Shown piece after piece: positions 51,701 to 64,000 of a stretch of 64,000 nt of DNA. Below the pieces are notes generated by a model. That model was not told where the DNA came from. It ran no database searches and saw only the letters and a list, made by a program, of their open reading frames with translations. How positions within the stretch are numbered: position 1 is the first letter of the stretch; every line of letters starts with the position of its first letter. Both the position numbers and the translations under genes were made by a program. Origin of the DNA: Eledone cirrhosa (lineage: Eukaryota); assembly GCA_964016885.1 (NCBI GenBank), contig OZ024753.1:23498001-23562000 (forward strand), given 5' to 3'.

Positions 51701-54700
51701 ATTTCTCTACAATATTTCTCTACAATATTTCTATGCAATATTTCTCTACAATATTTCTCTACATTATTTGTCTACAATATTTCTGTACAATATTTCTCTC
51801 CAATATTTCTCTATAATATTTATCTACAATATTTCTATATAATCTTTCTCTACAATATTTCTCTATAATATTCTCTACAATATTTATCTACAATATTTCT
51901 CTATAATATTTCTCTACAATATTTCTCTATAATATTTCTCTATACTATTTCTTTGCAATATTTCTCTACAATATTTCTCTACAATATTTCTCTACAATAT
52001 TTATCTATAATATTTCTCTACAATATTTATCTACAATATTTCTGTACAATATTTCTCTACAATATTTCTCGACAATATTTCTCTGCAATATTTCTCTACA
52101 ATATTTCTCTACATTATTTGTCTACAATATTTCTGTACAATATTTCTTTCCAATATTTCTCTGTAATATTTATCTACAATATATCTCTACAATATTTCTC
52201 TACAATATTTCTCTACAATATTTCTCTACAATATTTCTCTATAATATTTCTCTACATTATTTCTCAGAATAATCCTCTACAATATTTCTCTATAATATTT
52301 CTCTACAATATTTCTCTATAATATTTCTCTATACTATTATTTACAATATTTCTCTACAATATTTTTCTATAATATTTCTTTACAATATTTCTCTATAATA
52401 TTTCTCTACAATATTTATCTATATTTCTCTACAATATTTCTCTACAATATTTCTCTACAATATTTCTCTACAATATTTCTCTACAATATTTCTCTACATT
52501 ATTTGTCTACAATATTTCTGTACAATATTTCTCTCCAATATTTCTCTATAATATTTATCTACAATGTTTCTATATAATCTTTCTCTACAATATTTCTCTA
52601 TAATATTCTCTACAATATTTATCTACAATATTTCTCTATAATATTTCTCTACATTATTTCTCTAGAATATTCCTCTACCATATTTCTCTAGAATATTCCT
52701 CTACCATATTTCTCTATAATATTCTCTACAATATTTCTCTACAATATTTCTCTACAATATTTCTCTACAATATTTCTCTACAATATTTCTCTACATTATT
52801 TCTCTACTATTTTTCTCTATAATATGTATATACAATATTTCTCTATAATATTTCTCTATAATATTTCTCTACAATATTTCTCTACGATATTTCTCTACAA
52901 TATTTCTCTACAATATCTCCCTACAATATTTCTCTATAATATTTCTCTACAATATTTCTGTACTATATTTCTCTCTAATATTTCTCTCGAGTATTTCTCT
53001 ATAATATTTCTTTATAATATTTCTCTACAATATTTCTCTACAATATTTCTCTACAATATTTATCTATAATATTTCTCTACAATATTTATCTACAATATTT
53101 CTGTACAATATTTCTCTACAATATTTCTCTACAATATTTCTCTACAATATTTCTCTATAATATTTATCTACAATATTTCTCTATAATATTTCTCTATAAT
53201 ATTTTTCTACAATATTTCTCTATAATATTTCTCTACAATATTTCTCTACAATATTTCTCTACAATATTTCTCTACAATATTTCTCTACAATATTTCTCTA
53301 CATTATTTCTCTACAATTTTTCTCTATAATATGTATCTACAATATTTCTCTATAATATTTCTCTATAATATTTCTCTACAATATTTCTCTACGATATTTC
53401 TCTACAATATTTCTCTACAATATCTCTCTACAATATTTCTCTATAATATTTCTCTACAATATTTCTGTACTATATTTCTCTACAATATTTCTGTACTATA
53501 TTTCTCTCTAATATTTCTCTCGAGTATTTCTCTATAATATTTCTTTCCAATATTTCTCTACAATATTTCTCTACAATATTTCTCTACAATATTTATCTAT
53601 AATATTTCTCTACAATATTTCTCTACAATATTTCTCTATAATATTTCTCTACATTTTTTCTCAGAATATTCCTCTACAATATTTCTCTATAATATTTCTC
53701 TACAATATTTCTCTATAATATTTCTCTATACTATTATTTACAATATTTCTCTACAATATTTTTCTATAATATTTCTTTACAATATTTCTCTACAATATTT
53801 CTCTACAATATTTCTCTACAATATTTCTCTACAATATTTCTATGCAATATTTCTCTACAATATTTCTCTACATTATTTGTCTACAATATTTCTGTACAAT
53901 ATTTCTCTCCAATATTTCTCTATAATATTTATCTACAATATTTCTATATAATCTTTCTCTACAATATTTCTCTATAATATTCTCTACAATATTTATCTAC
54001 AATATTTCTCTATAATATTTCTCTACAATATTTCTCTATAATATTTCTCTATACTATTTCTTTGCAATATTTCTCTACAATATTTCTCTACAATATTTCT
54101 CTACAATATTTATCTATAATATTTCTCTACAATATTTATCTACAATATTTCTGTACAATATTTCTCTACAATATTTCTCGACAATATTTCTCTGCAATAT
54201 TTCTCTACAATATTTCTCTACATTATTTGTCTACAATATTTCTGTACAATATTTCTTTCCAATATTTCTCTGTAATATTTATCTACAATATATCTCTACA
54301 ATATTTCTCTACAATATTTCTCTACAATATTTCTCTACAATATTTCTCTATAATATTTCTCTACATTATTTCTCAGAATATTCCTCTACAATATTTCTCT
54401 ATAATATTTCTCTACAATATTTCTCTATAATATTTCTCTATACTATTATTTACAATATTTCTCTACAATATTTTTCTATAATATTTCTTTCCAATATTTC
54501 TCTATAATATTTCTCTACAATATTTCTCTACAATATTTCTCTACAATATTTCTCTACAATATTTCTATGCAATATTTCTCTACAATATTTCTCTACATTA
54601 TTTGTCTACAATATTTCTGTACAATATTTCTCTCCAATATTTCTCTATAATATTTATCTACAATGTTTCTATATAATCTTTCTCTACAATATTTCTCTAT

Positions 54701-57700
54701 AATATTCTCTACAATATTTATCTACAATATTTCTCTATAATATTTCTCTACATTATTTCTCTAGAATATTCCTCTACCATATTTCTCTATAATATTTCTC
54801 TACAATATTTCTCTATAATATTTCTCTATACTATTTCTTTACAATATTTCTCTACAATATTTCTCTATTATATTTCTCTACAATATTTCTCTACAATATT
54901 TATCTATATTTCTCTACAATATTTCTCTACAATATTTCTGTACTATATTTCTCTCTAATATTTCTCTCGAGTATTTCTCTATAATATTTCTTTATAATAT
55001 TTCTCTACAATATTTCTCTACAATATTTCTCTACAATATTTATCTATAATATTTCTCTACAATATTTATCTACAATATTTCTGTACAATATTTCTCTACA
55101 ATATTTCTCTACAATATTTCTCTACAATATTTCTCTATAATATTTATCTACAATATTTCTCTATAATATTTCTCTATAATATTTTTCTACAATATTTCTC
55201 TATAATATTTCTCTACAATATTTCTCTACAATATTTCTCTACAATATTTCTCTACAATATTTCTCTACAATATTTCTCTACATTATTTCTCTACAATCTT
55301 TCTCTATAATATGTATCTACAATATTTCTCTATAATATTTCTCTATAATATTTCTCTACACTATTTCTCTACGATATTTCTCTACAATATTTCTCTACAA
55401 TATCTCTCTACAATATTTCTCTATAATATTTCTCTACAATATTTCTGTACTATATTTCTCTACAATATTTCTGTACTATATTTCTCTCTAATATTTCTCT
55501 CGTGTATTTCTCTATAATATTTCTTTCCAATATTTCTCTACAATATTTCTCTACAATATTTCTCTACAATATTTATCTATAATATTTCTCTACAATATTT
55601 CTCTACAATATTTCTCTATAATATTTCTCTACATTATTTCTCAGAATATTCCTCTACAATATTTCTCTATAATATTTCTCTACAATATTTCTCTATAATA
55701 TTTCTCTATACTATTATTTACAATATTTCTCTACAATATTTTTCTATAATATTTCTTTACAATATTTCTCTATAATATTTCTCTACAATATTTAACTATA
55801 TTTCTCTACAATATTTCTCTACAATATTTCTCTACAATATTTCTCTACAATTTTTCTCTACAATATTTCTCTATAATATTTATCTACAATATTTCTATAT
55901 AATCTTTCTCTACAATATTTCTCTATAATATTCTCTACAATATTTATCTACAATATTTCTCTATAATATTTCTCTACAATATTTCTCTATAATATTTCTC
56001 TATACTATTTCTTTGCAATATTTCTCTACAATATTTCTCTACAATATTTCTCTACAATATTTATCTATAATATTTCTCTACAATATTTATCTACAATATT
56101 TCTGTACAATATTTCTCTACAATATTTCTCGACAATATTTCTCTGCAATATTTCTCTACAATATTTCTCTACATTATTTGTCTACAATATTTCTGTACAA
56201 TATTTCTTTCCAATATTTCTCTGTAATATTTATCTACAATATATCTCTACAATATTTCTCTACAATATTTCTCTACAATATTTCTCTACAATATTTCTCT
56301 ATAATATTTCTCTACATTATTTCTCAGAATATTCCTCTACAATATTTCTCTATAATATTTCTCTACAATATTTCTCTATAATATTTCTCTATACTATTAT
56401 TTACAATATTTCTCTACAATATTTTTCTATAATATTTCTTTACAATATTTCTCTATAATATTTCTCTACAATATTTATCTATATTTCTCTACAATATTTC
56501 TCTACAATATTTCTCTACAATATTTCTCTACAATATTTCTCTACAATATTTCTCTACATTATTTGTCTACAATATTTCTGTACAATATTTCTCTCCAATA
56601 TTTCTCTATAATATTTATCTACAATGTTTCTATATAATCTTTCTCTACAATATTTCTCTATAATATTCTCTACAATATTTATCTACAATATTTCTCTATA
56701 ATATTTCTCTACATTATTTCTCTAGAATATTCCTCTACCATATTTCTCTATAATATTTCTCTACAATATTTCTCTATAATATTTCTCTATACTATTTCTT
56801 TACAATATTTCTCTACAATATTTCTCTATTATATTTCTCTACAATATTTCTCTACAATATTTATCTATATTTCTCTACAATATTTCTCTACAATATTTCT
56901 CTACAATATTTCTCTACAATATTTCTCTGCAATATTTCTCTACAATATTTCTCTATAATATTTCTCTATAATATTTCTCTACAATATTTCTCTATAATAT
57001 TTCTCTATAATATTTCTCTACAATATTTCTCTATAATATTTCTCTACAATATTTCTGTATAATACTTCTCTATAATATTTCTCTACAATATTTCTCTACA
57101 ATATTTCTCTACAATATTTCTCTCCAATATTTCTCTATAATATTTATCTACAATATATCTCTACAATATTTCTCTATAATAATTCTCTACAATATTTCTC
57201 TATAATATTTCCCTACAATATTTCTCTACAGTATTTCTCTATAATAATCCTCGACAATATTTCTCTGTAATATTTCTCGACAAAATTTCTCTACAATATT
57301 TCTCTATAATATTTTTCTACAATATTTCTCTATAATATTTCTCTACAATATTTCTCTATAATATTTCTCTATAATATTTCTCTACAATATTTCTCTATAA
57401 TATTTCTCTACAATATTTCTCTATAATATATCTTTACAATATTTTTCTATAATATTTCTCTATAATATTTCTGTACTATATTTCTCTCTAATATTTCTCT
57501 CGAGTATTTCTCTATAATATTTCTTTATAATATTTCTCTACAATATTTCTCTACAATATTTCTCTACAATATTTATCTATAATATTTCTCTACAATATTT
57601 ATCTACAATATTTCTGTACAATATTTCTCTACAATATTTCTCGACAATATTTCTCTGCAATATTTCTCTACAATATTTCTCTACATTATTTGTCTACAAT

Positions 57701-60700
57701 ATTTCTCTACAATATTTCTTTCCAATATTTCTCTGTAATATTTATCTACAATATATCTCTACAATATTTCTCTATAATATTTCTCTACAATATTTCTCTA
57801 CAATATTTCTCTATAATATTTCTCTACATTATTTCTCAGAATATTCCTCTACAATATTTCTCTATAATATTTCTCTACAATATTTCTCTATAATATTTCT
57901 CTATACTATTATTTACAATATTTCTCTACAATATTTTTCTATAATATTTCTTTACAATATTTCTCTATAATATTTCTCTACAATATTTAACTATATTTCT
58001 CTACAATATTTCTCTACAATATTTCTCTACAATATTTCTCTACAATATTTCTCTACAATATTTCTCTACAATATTTCTATGCAATATTTCTCTACAATAT
58101 TTCTCTACATTATTTGTCTACAATATTTCTGTACAATATTTCTCTCCAATATTTCTCTATAATATTTATCTACAATATTTCTATATAATCTTTCTCTACA
58201 ATATTTCTCTATAATATTCTCTACAATATTTATCTACAATATTTCTCTATAATATTTCTCTACAATATTTCTCTATAATATTTCTCTATACTATTTCTTT
58301 ACAATATTTCTCTACAATATTTCTCTATTATATTTCTCTACAATATTTCTCTACAATATTTATCTATATTTCTCTACAATATTTCTCTACAATATTTCTC
58401 TACAATATTTCTCTGCAATATTTCTCTACAATATTTCTCTATAATATTTCTCTGTAATATTTCTCTACAATATTTCTCTACAATATTTCTCTATAATATT
58501 TCTCTACAATATTTCTCTATAATATTTCTCTACATTATTTCTCTATAATATTTCTCTATAATATTTCTCTACAATATTTCTCTATAATATTTCTCTACAA
58601 TATTTCTGTATAATATTTCTCTATAATATTTCTCTACAATATTTCTCTCCAATATTTGTCTACAATATTTCTCTACCATATTTCTCTATAATATTTCTAT
58701 ATAATATTTCTCTATACTATTTCTTTACAATATTTCTCTACAATATTTCTCTATATTTCTCTACAATATTTCTCTATAATATTTCTCTACAGAATTTCTC
58801 TACAATATTTCACTGAAATATTTCTCTACAATATTTCTCTATAATATTTCTCTGTAATATTTCTCTACAATATTTCTCTACAATATTTCTCTATAATATT
58901 TCTCTACAATATTTCTCTATAATATTTCTCTACAATATTTCTCTATAATATTTCTCTATAATATTTCTCTACAATATTTCTCTATAATATTTCTCTATAA
59001 TATTTCTCTACAATATTTCTCTACGATATTTCTCTAAAACATTTCTCTACAATATTTCTCTACAATATTTCTCTATAATATTTCTCTACAATATTTCTCT
59101 ATAATATTTATCTACAATATTTTTCTATATTTGTCTACAATATTTCTCTATAATATTTCTCTACAATATTTCTCTACAATATTTCACTGAAATATTTCTC
59201 TACAATATTTCTCTATAATATTTCTCTGTAATATTTCTCTACAATATTTCTCTACAATATTTCTCTATAATATTTCTCTACAATATTTCTCTATAATATT
59301 TCTCTACAATATTTCTCTATAATATTTCTCTATAATATTTCTCTACAATATTTCTGTACGATATTTCTCTACAACATTTCTCTACAATATATCTCTACAA
59401 TATTTCTCTATAATATTTCTCTACAATATTTCTTTATAATATTTATCTACAATATTTATCTATAATTCTCTACAATATTTCTCTACAATATTTCTCTACA
59501 ATATTTCTCTACAATATTTCTCTGCAATATTTCTCTACAATATTTCTCTATAATATTTCTCTGTAATATTTCTCTACAATATTTCTCTACAATATTTCTC
59601 TATAATATTTATCTACAATATTTCTCTATAATATTTCTCTATAATATTTCTCTACAATATTTCTCTATAATATTTCTCTACAATATTTCTGTATAATATT
59701 TCTCTATAATATTTCTTACAATATTTCTCTACAATATTTCTGTACAATATTTCTCTCCAATATTTCTCTATAATATTTATCTACAATATATCTCTACAAT
59801 ATTTCTCTATAATATTTCTCTACAATATTTCTCTATAATATTTCTCTACAATATTTCTCTACAATATTTCTCTATAATAATCCTCTACAATATTTCTCTA
59901 AAATATTCCTATACAATATTTCTCTATAATATTTCCCTACAATATTTCTCTACAGTATTTCTCTATAATAATCCTCTACAATATTTCTCTAAAATATTCC
60001 TCTACAATATTTCTCTATAATATTTCTCTACAATATTTCTCTATAATATTTCTCTACAGTATTTCTTTACAATATTTCTCTACAATATTTCTCCACAATA
60101 TTTCTCTACAATATTTCTCTACAATATTTCTCTACACTATTTCTCTATAATATTTCTCTTAATATTTCTCTATAATATTCCTCGACAATATTTCTCTCCA
60201 ATATTTCACTATAATATTTATCTACAATATATCTCGACAATATTTCTCTGGAATATTTCTCTACAATATTTCTCTATAATATTTCTCTATAATATTTCTC
60301 TACAATATTTCTCTATAATATTTCTCTATAATATTTCTTTACAATATTTCTCTACAATATTTCTCTATATTTCTCGACAATATTTCTCTATAATATTTCT
60401 CTACAATATTTCTCTACAATATTTCTCTGCAATATTTCTCTACAATATTTCTCTAGAATATTTCTCTGTAATATTTCTCTACAAACTTTCTCTACAATAT
60501 TTCTCTATAATATTTCTCTACAATATTTCTCTATAATATTTCTCTACAATATTTCTCTATAATATCTCTCTATAATATTTCTCTACAATATTTCTCTATA
60601 ATATTTCTCTATAATATTTCTCTACAATATTTCTCTACAATATTTCTCTACAATATTTCTCTACAATATTTCTCTACAATATTTCTCTAAAATATTTCTC

Positions 60701-63700
60701 TACAATATTTCTCTATAATATTTATCTACAATATTTCTATATAATATTTCTCTATAATATTTCTCTACAATATTTTTCTATAATATTTTTCTACAATATT
60801 TCTCTATAATATGTCTCTACTACAATATTTTTCTATAATATTTCTCTATAATATTTCTGTACTATATTTCTCTCTAATATTTCTCTCGAGTATTTCTCTA
60901 TAATATTACTTTATAATATTTCTCTACAATATTTCTCTACAATATTTCTTTACAATATTTCTCTATAATATTTCTCTACAATATTTATCTACAATATTTC
61001 TGTACAATATTTCTCTACAATATTTCTCGACAATATTTCTCTGCAAAATAAAATACCAGTAATGCACTGTTTAATTGCTGGCCTTGTTCCTAAAGTAGAA
61101 ACAATTATTTCTCTACAATATTTCTCTAAAATATTTATAATATTTCTCTACAATATTCTCTACAATATTTTTCTACAATATTCACTATAATATTTCTCTA
61201 TAATTGTCTCTATAATATTTCTCTATAATATTTATCTATAATATTTCTCTGCAATATTTCTCGACAATATTTCTCTATAATATTTTTCTATAATATTTCT
61301 CTATAATTTTCTCTACAATATTTCTTTACAATATTTCTCTACAATATTTCTCCACAATATTTCTCTACAATATTTCTCTACAATATTTCTCTACACTATT
61401 TCTCTATAATATTTCTCTTAATACTTCTCTATAATATTCCTCGACAATATTTCTCTCCAATATTTCACTATAATATTTCTCTACAATATATCTCGACAAT
61501 ATTTCTCTGTAATATTTCTCTACAATATTTCTCTATAATATTTCTCTATAATATTTTTCTACAATATTTCTCTATAATATTTCTCTATACTATTTCTTTA
61601 CAATATTTCTCTACAATATTTCTCTATATTTCTCGACAATATTTCTCTATAATATTTCTCTACAAAATTTCTCTACAATATTTCTCTATAATATTTCTCT
61701 ACAATATTTCTCTATAATATTTCTCTACAATATTTCTCTATAATATTTCTCTATAATATTTCTCTACAATATTTCTCTATAATATTTCTCTATAATATTT
61801 CTCTACAATATTTCTCTACAATATTTCTCTACAATATTTCTCTACAATATTTCTCTACAATATTTCTCTAAAATATTTCTCTACAATATTTCTCTATAAT
61901 ATTTATCTACAATATTTCTCTATAATATTTCTCTATAATATTTCTCTACAATATTTTTCTATAATATTTTTCTACAATATTTCTCTATAATATATCTCTA
62001 CTACAATATTTTTCTATAATATTTCTCTATAATATTTCTGTACTATATTTCTCTCTAATATTTCTCTCGAGTATTTCTCTATAATATTACTTTATAATAT
62101 TTCTCTACAATATTTCTCTACAATATTTTTCTACAATATTTCTCTATAATATTTCTCTACAATATTTATCTACAATATTTCTGTACAATATTTCTCTACA
62201 ATATTTCTCGACAATATTTCTCTGCAAAATAAAATACCAGTAATGCACTGTTTAATTGCTGGCCTTGTGCCTAAAGTAGAAACAATTATTTCTCTACAAC
62301 ATTTCTCTAAAATATTTATAATATTTCTCTACAATATTCTCTACAATATTTTTCTACAATATTCTCTATAATATTTCTCTATAATTTTCTCTATAATATT
62401 TCTCTATAATATTTATCTATAATATTTCTCTGCAATATTTCTCGACAATATTTCTCTACAATATTTCCCTACAATATTTCTCTATAATATTTCTCTACAA
62501 TATTTCTCTACAAGATTTCTCTATAATATTTCTCTACAATATTCTCTATAATATTTCTTTACAATATTTCTCTACAATATTTCTCTATAATATTTCTCTA
62601 CAATATTCTCTATAATATTTCTCTACAATATTTCTCTACAATATTTCTCTACAATATTTCTCTGCAATATTTCTCTATATTTCTCGACAATATTTCTCTA
62701 TAATATTTCTCTACAATATTTCTCTACAATATTTCTCTGCAATATTTCTCTACAATATTTCTCTAGAATATTTCTCTGTAATATTTCTCTACAAACTTTC
62801 TCTACAATATTTCTCTATAATATTTCTCTACAATATTTCTCTATAATATTTCTCTACAATATTTCTCTATAATATCTCTCTATAATATTTCTCTACAATA
62901 TTTCTCTATAATATTTCTCTATAATATTTCTCTACAATATTTCTCTACAATATTTCTCTACAATATTTCTCTACAATATTTCTCTACAATATTTCTCTAC
63001 AATATTTCTCTAAAATATTTCTCTACAATATTTCTCTATAATATTTATCTACAATATTTCTCTATAATATTTCTCTATAATATTTCTCTACAATATTTTT
63101 CTATAATATTTTTCTACAATATTTCTCTATAATATGTCTCTACTACAATATTTTCTATAATATTTCTCTATAATATTTCTGTACTATATTTGTCTCTAAT
63201 ATTTCTCTCGAGTATTTCTCTATAATATTACTTTATAATATTTCTCTACAATATTTCTCTACAATATTTCTTTACAATATTTCTCTATAATATTTCTCTA
63301 CAATATTTATCTACAATATTTCTGTACAATATTTCTCTACAATATTTCTCGACAATATTTCTCTGCAAAATAAAATACCAGTAATGCACTGTTTAATTGC
63401 TGGCCTTGTGCCTAAAGTAGAAACAATTATTTCTCTACAATATTTCTCTAAAATATTTATAATATTTCTCTACAATATTCTCTACAATATTTTTCTACAA
63501 TATTCACTATAATATTTCTCTATAATTGTCTCTATAATATTTCTCTATAATATTTATCTATAATATTTCTCTGCAATATTTCTCGACAATATTTCTCTAT
63601 AATATTTTTCTATAATATTTCTCTATAATTTTCTCTACAATATTTCTTTACAATATTTCTCTACAATATTTCTCCACAATATTTCTCTACAATATTTCTC

Positions 63701-64000
63701 TACAATATTTCTCTACACTATTTCTCTATAATATTTCTCTTAATACTTCTCTATAATATTCCTCGACAATATTTCTCTCCAATATTTCACTATGATATTT
63801 ATCTACAATATATCTCGACAATATTTCTCTGTAATATTTCTCTACAATATTTCTCTATAATATTTCTCTATAATATTTTTCTACAATATTTCTCTATAAT
63901 ATTTCTCTATACTATTTATTTACAATATTTCTCTACAATATTTCTCTATATTTCTCGACAATATTTCTCTATAATATTTCTCTACAATATTTCTCTACAA
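36759..64000. repeat. 13-bp satellite array, consensus CTAYAATATTTCT, about 2,100 monomers, running off the window
   Basis: Continuous tandem AATATTTCTCTAC/AATATTTCTCTAT units; rare variants recur at fixed long spacings. Confidence 0.99.
61045..63431 (+). repeat. Three copies of an about 65-bp non-satellite insert (SINE 3'-end-like) at 61045, 62226 and 63367
   Basis: AAAATAAAATACCAGTAATGCACTGTTTAATTGCTGGCCTTGT(G/T)CCTAAAGTAGAAACAATTATT; spacings 1181 and 1141 bp. Confidence 0.85.

Noticed and set aside
39566-57893. Many ORFs of the type LQYFSIIFLYNIS in the satellite
   Set aside because: They are translations of the 13-bp repeat (39 bp = 13 codons) and break wherever a T variant puts TAA in frame; no evidence of coding.
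61045-63431. CRISPR-like repeat/spacer appearance
   Set aside because: The inserts are near-identical rather than unique spacers, the context is eukaryotic, and there are no cas genes.

Overview
Eukaryotic, AT-rich window with no host gene I can support. The (TA)n/(CA)n microsatellite background and the tRNA-SINE sequences look like a cephalopod (Octopus-like) genome, but that is an inference. Bases 1-36.7 kb are a nest of mobile elements, mostly inserted in microsatellites: several Penelope-like element (PLE) insertions with inverted arms and tails (one with an open RT-C-terminus + GIY-YIG frame), a complete Ty3/Gypsy LTR element with a -1 gag/pol frameshift signal, a Tx1-like LINE 3' end, a CR1-like 3' end, a Tigger/pogo transposon carrying a nested MITE, a full-length R4/Dong-like LINE plus a tandem second 3' end, and SINE remnants. 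Bases 36,759-64,000 are a 13-bp satellite with higher-order duplications. The main signal the ORF track misses is RNA-level. I can fold by eye 14 type I hammerhead ribozyme (HHR) motifs with both core halves, plus several broken ones. They include a head-to-tail array of a 466-bp non-coding unit with one minimal HHR per unit (a retrozyme-like element built like the neighbouring PLEs), a second related circularly permuted HHR family, and a PLE HHR with a U3:A8 compensatory core. All folds and alignments were done by eye; no database search was run.
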